64,000 bases of DNA from Mobula hypostoma (Eukaryota), in assembly GCF_963921235.1 (NCBI RefSeq), contig NC_086118.1:25174001-25238000 (forward strand), written 5' to 3'. The first letter of the stretch is position 1. The number at the start of each line of letters is the position of its first letter. Positions 24,806 to 38,649 of this stretch are shown here, in pieces. The notes under the pieces were generated by a model. The model searched no databases. It was given only the letters and a program-made list of their open reading frames with translations, and was not told the origin of the DNA. The position numbers and the translations under genes are program-made.

Positions 24806-25544
24806 AAGCTCCACCCCCCATTGTAGACAGAGTCACGAGTGGGGAAGTTACTTGGCACTGCAGTGTAGGACACACTCAGATCCAACAGAGCATATAATGT
24901 GATATAAGCACATTATAATGTTCCAAATTTAAAAAATGGCAAAAGATCCAGTGTTCTGCCTGTAAATTGGGTGGGAATTTTCAAACAATAGGCATAAAAT
25001 TCAGGGCACTGGAGTCTGATGTTTAGGAGACTGGATGTGAAGATTCAGGTCAGTTTGCTGTTTTACACTGGAAGTTACAACAATATCAAGAAAGAGAAAC
25101 ACACCATGAGATACTGAATACGATTGTGTACCAAACTGTAATATCAGCATTAGCATCTGGCACAGTGGTGGATGGTTGGTAAGAAAGGGTATGTGTGCAA
25201 GAAGTGAAAAACCTAACTGTTGCGTTTCCTCCAAAGCTCCAAATATTGTCCACATTAAAAAGATGCAATGTTTGCATCATGGAGTTTTGATTTGAGGGGA
25301 AATGGGAACAGCTGGACATGTGAGTCTAGTACAGGAGATTCAGACATGAAAGCAGATGCCATTTAAGGGATGGATTTGAGCTTAAATGATCAATATCATT
25401 AAGTGATCACCATGTCACGTGACACTCTGATTCAAGGGTTATAAGCAGTCAAATGACAACAGAAGATGGTGGAGGTAATCAATATGCTGGGAAGGAAAGA
25501 AAAACAGAGTCAGCAGTACAGATCAGTGTCCTCTCATTACTGCT

Positions 25545-27160
25545 GATACTCGATCTCCTACTAGGGAACAAGACAGTGTAGGTGACAGAAGTGTGTGTAG
25601 GGGAACACTTTGGATTTAATGATCATAATTCCATTAGTTTCAAGATAATTATGGAGAAGGATAGGGTCGGCTTGAGATTCAGAAAGGATCTGGCAAGTGT
25701 GGATTGGGACAGGTGTTTCTGGCAAAGGTGTGCTTAGTAAGTGTGAGGCTTTCAAAAGTGAAATTTTGAGCATATAGTCTTTGTATGTTCCTGCAGAATA
25801 AAAGGCAAGGCTAACAGGTTTAAGGAACCTTGGTTTTTGAGGGATACAGAGGCCCTCGTTAGGAAGAAGGTGGAGGTGCATAGCAGGTATAGGCAGCAAG
25901 GAACAAATAAGGGTTTTGAGGAGTATAAGAAATGCAAGAGAACACTTAAAAAGGAAATCAGGAAGGCTTAAAAAAAAAGGTACGATCCTCTAGCAGTTTA
26001 CAGATATATTAAGAGCAAAAGAATAGGGAGGGACAAAGTTGGTCCTCTTGAAGATCAGCATGAGGAAGATATTTCTGTATCTGAGGCAAAATAGTAGTGA
26101 GGTCATGGACTGCATGCAGATTACAGTGCTTGTTGGTCCACACAGGTTGGTTGTAGATGATTGCATCTCTGACTAGAAGCTTGTGACTAGTAGTATGCTG
26201 CAGGGATCAGTTATGTATGTTATTGTCAACTAGTATTTCAATGATCTGGATGATAATGTGGGAAACTGGATCAGCAAATTTGTGGATGACACCAAGACTA
26301 GGGGCATAGTGGACAACAAGATGGCCAGAAAAGCTTGAGGTGGGTTCTGGACCAGCTGAAAAAATGGGCAGAAAAATGACAGATGGAATATAATGCTGAC
26401 AAGTGTGAGCTGTTGTATTTTTGGAGAACAAACCCGGCTAGGACATGCATGGTGAATGGTCGAGCACTGAGGAGTGTACTAGAACAGAGGGATCTGGGAA
26501 CACAGATCCATAATTCCTTCAAAGTACTGTCACAGGTACTATAGATAGGGTTGTAAAGAGAGCTTTTGGCACATTGGCCTTCATAAATCAAAGAATGGAG
26601 ATGTAATGTTGAGGTTGTATAAGATGTTAGTGAGGCCTAATTTGGAGTATTGTGTACACTTCTGGTTAACTACCTACAGGAGAGATATCAATAAAATTGA
26701 GAGTGCAGGAAAAAATTGACAAGGATGTTGCTGGGACTGAAGGAACAGAGTTATAGGGAAAGATTGAAATGGTTAGGACCTTATTTCCTGGAGAGCTGGA
26801 AAACAAAGGGAGATTTGATCGAGGTATACAAAATGACGAGTGGTATAGGTAGGGTAAATACAGCAGGCAATTTCCACTGAGGTTGGGTGAGACTGGAAGT
26901 AGAGGTTAAGGGTGAAAAGTGAAATGCTTAAGGTTGACTTCTTCACTCAGAGGGCGATGAGAGTGTGGAACAGGTTGCCAGCACAAGTGGTGGATGCGGG
27001 TTTGATTTCAATATTTAAGAGGAATCTGGATAAGTACACGGATGGGAGGGGTTAGAGACCTATGGTCCAGGGGTAGGTCGATGGCACTAGGCTGAATAGC
27101 AGTTCAGCAGAGACCAGATGGGCTGAAGGGCCTGTTTCTGTACTGTATTGTTTTATGATT
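25545..27160 (+). mobile_element. Decayed CR1 LINE with internal deletions
   Basis: Recognisable DHNSI, SKFVDDTK, QMEYNADKCE and VRPNLEYCVHFW remnants, plus a CR1 3' UTR. Confidence 0.85.
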
Positions 27161-27844
27161 CCACTAATTCAGTCATGAAAATCTAGCTGAGAATTTTGAA
27201 GCTATAGTCATGAAACTGAGGTGAGCGTTGTCGGCTGTTTAGGCAGCTGAAGCACAAAGCACACAGATGTGAGGATTTATGCAGGTTTGCCACACAGTTC
27301 ACCGTCTCACCATCAGGAGGAACAGCTGTGTCTTACAATAAAACGCTGAACCACAGGAGAAAGGGGAAAAGAATAGAAGGTGAATCAGAAGAGCTCCTTT
27401 CTCCAAGCCAATAGTGAAGAACTAATTCATGTGTAGCACAAGTAACTGTGACCTGATTCACCAAATGCCCCCCTTCCCCCTTCCCTCCATCTTCTGAACT
27501 TGATAACTTGGTAACAATAAATCCTATCAGAATGAACATCGTCAGGAAAACCGTGCTAATTTACTATCAAACATAAACTAATTTTGATCAGTCATTAGTC
27601 CTTTTCTTTCATATGCCTGTGCTCCTTACTCTGACCTTAATACAGGAGAGTTTCTGGTTGTTATTATGATACTGATGATGAGGCCATAGCCAGTGTCAGG
27701 AGATAAGAACAACGAAGAGGTTGAAATGCTCAAATCTAATCTTGTTTTAAACATCTGAAGTATCAGACGGTGTAATGGTGCACTGCATTGTTACAGTCTT
27801 TTGGTGACTATACAGTTGGTGTGTTCATGTCTTTGAACATATGT

Positions 27845-27935
27845 ATGAAACATAGAAACATAGAAAATAGGTGCAGGATTAGGCCATTCGGCCCTTTGAG
27901 CCTACACCACCATTCAGTATGATCATGGCTGATCA
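27845..27935 (-). mobile_element. CR1 3' tail
   Basis: gaaacatagaaacatagaaaataggtgcagg... is the reverse complement of 14010-14100. Confidence 0.85.
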
Positions 27936-28379
27936 TCCGTGGCAGGCAAGGGAGCATGTATTGCCCTTTTCTAAGTGTGCTTGAGAAGATAATGGTTGTC
28001 TTTGCGTATATGAAAGTAAAGTGGCCCTGCCCAGGCTCCCTCCCTTCATAGACCTGCCTCTCATCCTCCCTCCTCCATTCTCTCCAACCTTCCCCATCCC
28101 CCAAACTTGACCTTCTCTCCCACAATCATGCCTTTCCTCCTTCCAACCCACTCCACTCTCTTCTCTCCCCCCCCCCCCAATTAAGTCTCTCCTCCACACT
28201 GTTCAGCGTATTGGCGGGGAGGAGAGGGGTGATACAAGGTGGTCCACTCTCTGACCAGAGCACACCTTGTGGTTCTGTTCTGACATTCCTTCTCCCTCGT
28301 TGGATCCTTTAAATTTCCTCAGTGGTACCCGCAAGCATTTCTTCCCTTATGTAGTCCTCTGTGTCTCATGAACACTAAT

Positions 28380-28660
28380 GGGGCAGCATGGTAACGTCGT
28401 GTTTGGTATACCGCTTTAGTGTACCAGCAACCTGGGTTCCATTCTCGCCGTTGCCCGTAAGGAGTTTGTAGGAAACCCCAGTGACCGCGTGGGTTTCCTC
28501 CAGATGCTCCGGTTTCCTCCCACAGTCCAGCGGCATACTGGTTGACAGGTTAATTGGTCATGATAAGTTATCCCCTGATTAGGCTAGGATTAAACTGGGG
28601 TTGCTGGGCAGTACAGCTCGAAAGGCCAGAACAGCCTATTCCACACTGTATCTCAATAAA
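28380..28660 (+). mobile_element. tRNA-derived V-SINE (HE1-like)
   Basis: Similar to the copy at 21760; gggtttcctccagatgctccggtttcctcccacagtcc. Confidence 0.8.
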
Positions 28661-28934
28661 TGATAGTGCGGAACTTGTTCTCACTGCTGCGCTGCACAGA
28701 TGTCCCTCTATGTATGTCAGTATAAGATCAATCATTGACATAAAATATATATTTTAATTTGAACATTTACTTTTTATTTAGATGAACACCTATTTTCTGA
28801 AAATTTCCAGCATTTTGTGTGCATTGCTCTGGATTTGAGCATCTGCAGAATCACTTGAGTTTTCTTAAATGATACTTTGTCCAATAAAATTGGGCTTTAT
28901 AAGTAATACAGTCTATTTTTTTTTCTCTTTACAG

Positions 28935-29276
28935 CTGCAAAGAAGGTGGTGCCGTTACCACCCAAAATCCCATTTGACCAGGCGACAGGCCAGCCTTCAC
29001 CCGCCAGCCTTTCTCCAACCCCTCCGAGCACTCCCTCCCCATACGCTGCAAACTTCCCTCAAGCCTATACCTTGCCACCAAGCCAAACTCCCCCAGCCGC
29101 ACCATCCCTGTCCTCTCCTCCTTCCCAAACAAGCACTTTAACCAAATCTCGACCCACGGTGAAGCCGAGACAAAGGCCCACACTTCCACCTCCACAACCT
29201 CCCACCCCGGGCCTTTCTGGACCCAGTCCGCAGCCCCTGGAACATACTATTTTAGCTGGAGAAAGCATGTCTACAG
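28935..29276 (+). CDS. ARHGAP44: ARHGAP44 exon (AAKKVVPLPPKIPF...SLSPTPPSTPSPY...KSRPTVKPRQRPTLPPPQPP...GESMST)
   Basis: Acceptor ttctctttacag|, donor |gtatga. 342 nt, phase 1/1, strong match to RICH2. Confidence 0.95.
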
Positions 29277-29624
29277 GTATGAATTTACATTAATTTAACC
29301 ATCTCTGCAGATTAATCCAACTCATGCTCACTTCACACTGATTTTAAAAATCAATGAAATAATGCTTACATAAGATACTCATTTTGGAATTATAAGATCA
29401 GTGAAATGAATTTGAATTCTTGTTTTGAAAGCTAATCGAAAATTGTAGTGACTTACAGTTTTAAAATGAAAACTATACAAGAGATTTTTAAAATGTATTC
29501 TCAAAACACAAAACATACATAGTTTTGCTTCTAGTTGCCCAAGAAGGTAATAGTGACCTACCTTCTTGAATCACTGTTCACAATTTGATACAATGGCTGG
29601 GCCATTGCTAGGCACAGTTTAGAA

Positions 29625-29704
29625 CAGCATTTCCCAGCCTTTTTTATGTTGTGGACCAATACCATTAAACAAGGCGTCAGTGGAGCCCAGGTTGGAAACC
29701 CCTG
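29625..29704. mobile_element. 80-bp hAT (Charlie-like) MITE
   Basis: TIRs cagcatttcccagcct / aggttggaaacccctg, with an 8-bp TSD gtttagaa / gtttagag. Confidence 0.7.
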
Positions 29705-31472
29705 GTTTAGAGTCAATCACGTTGAGATCTCAACTGATCAGCTTGGATAAAATCAGCAGGGCTCCTTCACTATAAGAAATTATTTGACTGGGGGTACAAT
29801 GATGATCACCTTACCAATTATTTTCTCCAGTTTTTTTTTCAATTAATCTTGAATTCCTTTTTGTAATTAAAGCTTGGGGTTTATAAATCTATTAACATCA
29901 CTGCTGCCTTCGGTATCTGGTGACTAAATCACTGGTTAAATCAGTTTACTGGTGGATACTGTCTAATAACATTTGAATCCAATATTCTGTATTCTCAGAC
30001 AGCCCACCATACATGGCTTCTCTTGGTACCCCCACTACTTCCCATCCCCTGTTCCTACAATGAGGTTTGCAATGGCTGACTGGAACCACATCAATGGCCG
30101 TCCTAATAAGATTCTGAGAATATCTCAACAACATAAACAACTCACGGCCATCTCCCAAATTCTGGCATTGAGTTTGGAGAAAAACATGAATTTAAGTATG
30201 ACTTTTGATACATGACATACATAGAACTACAGTTCCATTGTCAGAAGAATTGTGTTGTTAAAGAATCAAACAAGAATTCAAATGCATGATTTGAATTAAA
30301 GTTATTTTGCAATAAATTGGTAAAATAATAGGATGAAATTATACTGTTCAAGAAACATGTAGTGGTTTTAAACGATTTAAAACAGTGTGTATTTCTCATA
30401 TTTTAAGAAGTGGACCTTTAATTCCGTAAATACGAGGAACCTTTAATTCCAATGTGCTCGAGGTCAATTAAAAATTACAAGAACAGCCTCTTTAGATAGT
30501 TTTACAAGTATCCAGGAAGTTATCATTCTCACTTCTATACCCATTATCCCTTCAACACAGCCAAAAAATCCCTAAAACCATATTTTGGGTTTCTACAGAA
30601 GGTCTCAACTGCTTAGAAAACACCTCCAATTACAAGCCCAGTTACCTCCTTGCAGCAGGGGTCACCTGTCTGCATGCAGCCTCCTGAGGTGCCTGTTTTG
30701 GAAGATCCTACAGTGCTGGGTCTGTGGCAGGTAACTGCCCGATGATTCACCACTTAGCTGCTATTTAGAATCATTTCCTCTCTTCTGTGGCTGAGAAACC
30801 AATGCAAAGGTGCAATGATGACTAACATCAATTTAAATAAAGTATTTGCCGTGCAGATGACATTTAGTGCAAAATGAACAAATGGAGATATAAGAATGGA
30901 AGGAAGGCACCATTTTTTTCTATAATTGGGCAATAGGATGTTGGCTTTTCAGAATCCTGGTAACCCGTTTTATTGAACACTCAATCATTAATATACTGAA
31001 ATGGATACAAATTCAGCTGACAGTAATGGATAAGCATCTCATTTGTATTTCATTGCTTTGTAATTTTTTAAAAAGAAAAATGTTTCATTTCTCCCCACCA
31101 ATAATGGCTGTTATTACTGACGACCATGAAATATGTATTCGAGCATGAGAAAGAGATATAACAGTAACACTCTCTGAATTATCAAGAAATACCAGTTCAT
31201 AGAACTGAGCATTAGCTGATGTATCTGACTGACTGCAATCTAATTAATTGCAATGTCTATATATAACAAACTCTAAGCAGAAATTAAACTTTTTGAACTT
31301 TAATTGGGGAAAAATTATATAAATGGCTTTATTTAAGAAATATTGTTACAAATAATACTTTCAAATCATTTTTGCACTGGGTCAATTGTCTTTCAATGCC
31401 CAAAGGACATAATAATATTTACTGCAGTGCTCAGTTAAACACATTTTGCAGTAGAATGTAACTCATCATTTT

Positions 31473-31635
31473 ACACACAAGATTCTGCAGATGCTGGAAA
31501 TCCAGAGTAACACATACAAAATGCTGGAAGAGCTCAGTAGGTCAGGCAGCACCTATAGAAAGGAATAGAGTGTTGACTGTTTACTTTCCTCTATAGATGC
31601 TGCCTGACCTAAGTTCCTCTAGAATTTTGTGTGTG
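31473..31635. repeat. Short palindromic element built from two inverted Penelope termini
   Basis: catacaaaatgctggaagagctcagtaggtcaggcagcacctatag ... ctatagatgctgcctgacctaagttcctctagaattttgtgtg. Confidence 0.6.
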
Positions 31636-34238
31636 ATACTATTTTAAACATTTTGAGATGATTAATATAATCAATAAATGGAAATAAAGGAGGGCCTTTC
31701 CTGCTAAAGAGGAAGTTCCATCTGCATTATTGGAAAGTCAGTAAACCATAGTCACTCAAAAGCCAAACAGTTTCAGCAGTTTTACATCCATTCTGTTAAT
31801 TTCCCGAAGCGGAAAGTTCACTTTAACCTAAGCTTGGTATGTTGTTGCCCATTCCGCTGCTCAACAAACCAAGCAAGAAGGCTGCATTTTTCCACGTGCA
31901 AAAATCCTGAACCTTACCAAAGTATAACATTTATGAAGTCAAATTAGTTTACTTGCTATTAACATAAAAATAATTTAGATACTTGGAAATATTGATGAAG
32001 CCTCTGATAACCATCCTAGTAATCAAACAAGTCATTCATGCTGGGCATATAATGTGGTCATTCACTGATCTTGTCTTATTTATTTCTGTTGAGGTCATAT
32101 GTATTACCATATTTAACTAAACATTGACTTAGCTTCAGTATAGCTTTAAAAGCTGTATGCAAAGGTTTCTATAGCATTTTAAATTTCTACAATTGGCCCC
32201 ATTCCTGTGCCTTCTTGTATAGTGTGTAATGCCTTTTGGTCATGCTAGTAAGGAGAAGAATCTCATCAATGTACAAATTAGGACCGAGGCTATTTATAAG
32301 TACTTTACAAATGCATTTTCCTGAATGTAGTTTACCCTTTTTTTATTCTCATTTTCCTGATCCAAGCTGTTCTTAAAATGGCAAAGAGCAGTTATAATTT
32401 AAGGATAAAATCCATGCTGTTCAGAAGTGCTGATAGTAAGTCCTGTTGTTAATAATTTCATGGCAACTCATCCCTGATGATTTTCTGTCAGGCAACTGTC
32501 AGTTAACATGCCGAGGCATGTGATTTCATAGAAAGAGTAGGGCTCAGAAACCTAAAAATAAACCTAAGAATAAATCCTAAAATTGGGAGTGTGCAATTAA
32601 AAACCATTTCAACCCAGAGTACAACAATGGTAACATCTGTTTCTAAGTGTCCTAACGTTGTTGGGAATTTGACTCCTGATCTTTAAGCTGGATTTCCATT
32701 TGTGCCAACACCTTCTTTCTTTTATAAATCTCCCCCAAATGGTGTCAACAGTAGCACAATATTCAAAATTCATTTATTTCCTTAGAATATTGGTCTGAAG
32801 GAAGGCACTTCTCATTTCCACAACGAACACCCAGATCTTCCTATTCCAATTTTCTCTAAAAACTGTGACATTTGGAGGACCAGTATTCACATTTTGCACT
32901 GATATCTATGGACTCCTGCAACCTCAAACCAAATCTGTCATGTGTACCTTGATGGCTTTGTCAGTGGATGTCAAGGTCACAAACATGCTCACCTTCCTGG
33001 CCTCAGGATCATTCCAAACCACTGCTGATCTCTGCCATATCTCACTAGTTGCTGCTCACAGCTCCAGGAGAGAAGTCACAAAAACTCCATTCAAAGACTG
33101 TGTTCATGAAGTATTGCTCCTTGCAGAGACCTCCCTGGAGCATCTGATATAGCCCAGGAGGTTTCCATAACCTCTTTGCATAGCAGTTACCCTTTTTCGG
33201 TCCACTATGATCAATCTGAACCCTGCACTCCTTCACTCACACTCCTCCCCCAACCACTGTAGCAACACTCCCCTGGAGCTGGCAGAGTGTTGCTTGTATT
33301 GAGATGTGTCTCATTAGGATCTGGTTGCAGGTGTCACACAAATGCCAGCACCTACAGGAAGTTGTCACAGATTAATCAAGTGTGTCACACTGAAAGTTAC
33401 ACAAAGTACCACTGCATGGATATACTTGACAACAATAATCTCAGTCGTAGTGGAACTTTCACAATTGCCTGCACAATGCAAATTTAGTTTTAATGCTGAT
33501 AATTATGTCAACTGCAGGAAATCTTGTGGCCATTACTTGGAGTGTTTTAGATGTGTTCATAGAGAAGCCCCAAAGTATAAGGTAGTCTATCAAATTCAGC
33601 TGCTGTTGGTAATGAAATGGGAATGAAGTTGGAGAAGGAGGCAGAAAGTATTGTCCAACAATATTGAAATCAACTGTGAGAATACCATCATTATTAAAAG
33701 GCATCACAAAAACAGACTTTAATCCAGAGATTCCAAAGGTGTTTGTGACAATTACTAGCACCAACAAAACAAAAGGTCCAGGTTAAGGAGTGCGACAACA
33801 TCTGATTGTATTTTCTTATGTTGGATGAGGTACCAGAGTGCCTGCTGCAGCTTGAGACCACATCCAACTAAGAGCCGGAAACTTCTACAGAGGGTTAAGT
33901 ATACACATAGCTCAGAAACATTTGCATATGGCCTTTAACATTAAAGTAGAATCTGAAAAAAAAATTAGTAGCTAAAACATTACCTGCAGGCTTTTACGTG
34001 TATAATATGTTTTTCTTGGAGTTAATGCATTTCATTATTTTATTTTGATTTTACTGGTTTATATGTTTTCTACCTAAATGGATGGTTGATTTCTTGCGTG
34101 TTTTACATATCAGCTTGCTGTTATTGACATAAATTTTCTTTTCAGTGGAATTCCTCTCGTTATCGTTTTCAAAATTCTGAACAATTTTTCTATTAATGTC
34201 TTCTTTTCCTTTTGGGTGCCTATGTTGTATTCTTGCAG

Positions 34239-34246
34239 CTGTTTGA
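34239..34246 (+). CDS. ARHGAP44: Coding part of an alternative ARHGAP44 exon (34239-34289) giving the C-terminus ...MSTAV*
   Basis: tattcttgcag|CT GTT TGA joins the phase-1 donor at 29276. Downstream donor AGG|gtaagc at 34289/34290. STAV is the known alternative RICH2 PDZ ligand. Confidence 0.85.
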
Positions 34247-35189
34247 CCAGAATGAGTCTATATTGGCTAAGTGTGAGGGGGAATTTAGGGTAAGCCGGAG
34301 CAACAACCTCCCCTCTGGCACTTCAGCTAACTCTGGAACTCCTTCCGTTGCTAATTGTATGTCACCACTAACTCATCTGAACTGGCCTTTGCATGAGACT
34401 GAAGCAGAACTGCATGGCTTGATGTTGTCACGGAGTTCACAAGCATATATATTAATGATTCCTGCTCCTCTCTAAGTGTTCTTATTTTCTCCCCTTTACG
34501 ACCATGCAATGTACTTGAATGAAACCTTTTGATCACATGGCTTACTAAATGTAACCTTGTTTTATTTGTATGATCTCTTTTGCCCTGTTCCATTTTCATT
34601 ATTATAATTTATAAGGGATGTCATGATATTGCAGCGAGCAGTTAATATCACACACTGTGAAATTAGCTATTGTTACATTTTCCCCATTTTGAGCCACCGT
34701 GTAGGATTTTAAGATGAACAAATCTTACACTTTCCTTTTAGAGAAAGTTAAACCCTCGTATCTCAATTGAAACATGGGGAAAAGGTGTAAGGATTTAATA
34801 AATCTTACCATAAGCAATGTTATAAAAATAAAATGCCCATCTTGTTAGCATTAATAACATAACTCAGATTTAGGGTTACCATTACACTCTGTATACATTT
34901 GTACATTAGTCAGTTTTTAAAATGAGAGAGTGGCAGAAGGCAAGCTGCCTGTGGAGAATTGGAAGCTTCACCCTATCCTGAACTGAAGACTGTGCTAACA
35001 CTGAATTTTGTTTGGGTCTCTCAACCATGTTGCACGTCTCCAGGTCATTCAGACTTGAGTTCTTTATGCGGTATGAGATGTGTTGAATTATTTAGGACTT
35101 AATAAGTACTCTATTCAAAACTTATATTTACATTTATACTGGCACTTAAATAGGTGAGGTATTAGAAAGATACAAACTTAATGTGGGCA

Positions 35190-36600
35190 AAAGTCACTCC
35201 ACTCTTTAATAAGGGAGGGAGGGAAAAGAAAGGAAATTATAGGCCTTCAGTGGCTGGGAAGATGTTGGAGTCCGTTATGAAGGATAAGGATTCAGGATAA
35301 TTAGAGGTGCGTGATAAAGTAGGCCAAAGTCAGCATGGTTTCCTCATGGGGAAATCTTGTGTGAAAAATCTTCTGGAATTCTTTGAGGAAATAACAGGAA
35401 AGGTAGACAAGGGAGGGTCAGTGGAAGTTGTTTACTTGGATTTTCAGAAGGCCTTTCTGAAGGTGCCACATTTGAGGCTGCTTAACAAGATAAGAGCCCA
35501 TGGTATTACAGGAAAAATACCAGCAAGGATAGAAGATTGGCTGACTAGCAGGAGGCAGAGAGTGGGGAAAAAAGGAAGTATTTTCTGGTTGGCTACCAGT
35601 GACTAATTTTGCAGGGGTGACTGTTGGGTCCTCTTCTTTTCATGTGTTATATGTCAGTGATTTGGATGACGGAATTGATGGCATTGTGGCCATGTTTGCG
35701 GACATTGCAAAGATAGGTGGAAGGGAAAGTAGTGTTAAGGAAGCAGGGAGTCTGCAGAAGGACCTGGACAGATTGGGAGAATGGGCAAAGAAGTGGCAGA
35801 TGGAATATAGTGTAGGGAAGGGTATGGTCATACACTTTGGTAGAAGAAATAAAGGCACAGACAGTTTTCTAAACTGGGAGAAAATTCAAAATTCAGAGGT
35901 GTAAAGGGTCTTGGGAGTCCTTGTGCAGGATTCCCTAAAGGTTTACTTGCAGGTTGAGTTGGTGGTAAGGAAGGTAAATGCGATGTTAGCATTCATTTTG
36001 AGAGGACTAGAATATAAGAGCAAGGACGTGATGTTGAGACTTTATAAGCCATTGGTCAAAGCACACATGGGGTATTGTGAGCAATTTTGGGTCCCTTATC
36101 TAGAAAAGATGTACTGACATTGGAGGGGGCCCAGAGGAGGTTCACAAGAATGGTTCCAGGAATGAAAGGGTTAACATGCAAGGAGCCTTTTGATGGCCCT
36201 GGGTCTGTACTCACTGGAATTTAGAAGAATGAGTGGGGCTCTCATTGAAACCTATTGAAAGGTCTGAATAGAGTGGATGCAGGGAGGATGTTTTGTATAT
36301 TGGGTGTGTCTAGGACCAGAGAGTACAACATCAGAATAGAGGGATATCCATTTGGAATAGAGATCAGGAGGAATTTCTTTAGCCAGAGGTAGCAAATCTG
36401 CAGAATTAATTGCCACAGATAGCTGTGGAGGCCAAGTCATTGAGTGCATTTAATGCGGAGGTTGATAGCTTCTTCATTAGTCAGGGCATCAAAGGCTACA
36501 GGGAGGGGGCATGAAAATGGGGTTGATGGATAATGGGTCAGCAGAGCAGTTGGACTGGCTGAATGGCCTGAGTCTGCTCCTACGTTTTATTGTCTTATGT
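35190..36600 (+). mobile_element. Decayed CR1 LINE (RT region to 3' UTR)
   Basis: QHGFLMGKSCVKNLLEFFE, VYLDFQKAF, MFADIAK and WQMEYSVGK. Confidence 0.9.
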
Positions 36601-36759
36601 CCTAAAAGGGTCAGTACGATCATGCTGGGCCAGTGATTCAATGATAAATCATTTATTCCATACACACAATCATTTTCTGAGGAATCATGATGCTAAATGT
36701 TCTGTCTGTCATCCTCTTCTTCATTTTTGTGTGCAGTCAAAGGCTGCCTCGAACTCCAC

Positions 36760-37110
36760 TATAAGATGATCAGAGGCGTAGATAGAGTGGACGGCCAGCA
36801 CTTTATTCCCAGGGTGAAATTAGCTAATACGAGGGGGCATAATTTTAAGGTGAATGGAGGAACGAGTAGTGGAAATATACTGCAGTCCGAGTTAGATATT
36901 TTACATGGAGCATGGTGGATGTATAGATTCCACTGCAGGGTGGCAGTAAACGCTGATACATTAGGAATATTTAAAAGCCTCCTAGATAGGCACATGGATG
37001 AACAAAAAATGTAAGGCTATGTGGGAGGGAAGGGTTAGATTGATCTTAGAGTAAGTTAAAAGGTCAGTATAACAGAATGGGTTGAAATGTCTGTACTCTG
37101 CTGTACTGTC
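36760..37110 (+). mobile_element. CR1 3' fragment
   Basis: YKMIRGVDRVD..NTRGHNFKV..FKSLLDRHM. Confidence 0.8.
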
Positions 37111-37228
37111 CATGTATGGTGATGTACATTTCTAGTAAGTAGTTCACAAACTTAAGATGCTGTTCACTCCTTGGGAGCAACTAGCTAAGGAATGTGCAAA
37201 ATGATGATTGCACTGCAGAACTCGCTCG

Positions 37229-37232
<4 letters not shown>

Positions 37233-37278
<46 letters not shown>
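37233..37278. repeat. (TA)n microsatellite
   Basis: Perfect TA run. Confidence 0.98.
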
Positions 37279-37283
<5 letters not shown>

Positions 37284-38649
37284 AATACACAGACTTACAT
37301 TTATTTTAGCTCACTACCTGTGATTTTTGTTTCATGTGTTTAGGGGCAAGGTCTTAAGGACATGAGATGAAAGTAGAAAGCTGTCGAGGCTCAGTCTTTG
37401 GACGGGTATCACAGGAGACTGAAAGTTAGAAGATGAAGGTCTAGATAGATCAGGTTGGAATAGGAAACTGTGATGCAGTCCATGTGCAGGATATGGAAGC
37501 AAGCCGAGTTCACAAAAAAATTTTTCAAATGACTACAAAGCTGAAATGAAAACCAAAGAAAGCCAGGCACGCACAGGAAATTAAAGAAAGGTCAATATTT
37601 TGAGTGTAGGTATTATTTCATCAGTAAAGGCCAACCCCAAACATAAACCTGCAGTGCAAGCCTACCTTTATTTCAGTAGGTAAGAGACTGTATACGATCA
37701 TAGATTTACACAGGAAGGAACCAGTTACAAATCAGGTAAATGTGACCATTTATTGGTTTAGCCTCAGCTGGAATACTCTACTCGTTCTGGGCAGCACAAT
37801 CAAGAAGAATGTCAAAGCCCAAGAAAGTGACAGAAGAAACAATAACTAGAATAGTAGCTTCCCTTACATGAAGAGAGATGGATGAAGCTATGAGAGTTCT
37901 TAGGGGAATGAAGATTAGAATGAGATTTGGTAAAGGTGTAAAAACGATGGAGAGTTTTAAGTGAATATTGCTTCCATTGGTAGGAAATGTTGGAGTCAGA
38001 TTTAAGGCAACTGTGCTCTGTTAGGATGGGAAGTGAAAGGAGATTCAGTTGAAAAGGAAATAGGTTAAACAGCCCTAAGTGATGAGACTATGAGAGAACA
38101 TGAAGAGACTGGAACAGTTAGACAACTCTCTCATCATTGGCAGAGGTTAAATGGCCAATTAGGCATATTTTTTTAAAGAATACAAGGGGTTAAGAAAAAA
38201 GCAAGAGTTTCTTTTTTTGACCTTAATTAGAAATAAGATTTCAGTGGAACTTGTATGGTGATAATGATGTAGTATGAATTTAATTTAATTTAGTTTCTTT
38301 AAATGATTGTTTAATAATTAATTGAAACACAACTACCTTTCTGATTTGATTGTGTATACAATAGGTTTGTGCAAAACTGAGAACTGCACAGTAAACTGAT
38401 GGAGAAGAATAAAATTATATTTAACAGCTCTGGGGCAAAAAAGAGGGACAGAATTGGCAGGCTCCAGAGCCAGTGACAAAATCTTCAAATACCTAAGCAC
38501 CAGTACAGAAATTGTCAGATCACCATATTGTGACATCCCTATTATTTGTCACAAGCTACTGGCACTAACAAGGATGTTTAATGGAATGTCTTTAATATGT
38601 GTTTACTCTAAGGATTAACTTGTACTGTTGCTCTTTCCACTGGTTACAG

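Noticed and set aside
32786..32860. Possible extra acceptor (tttatttccttag) giving another C-terminus
   Set aside because: Early stop, no convincing donor and no recognisable homology.
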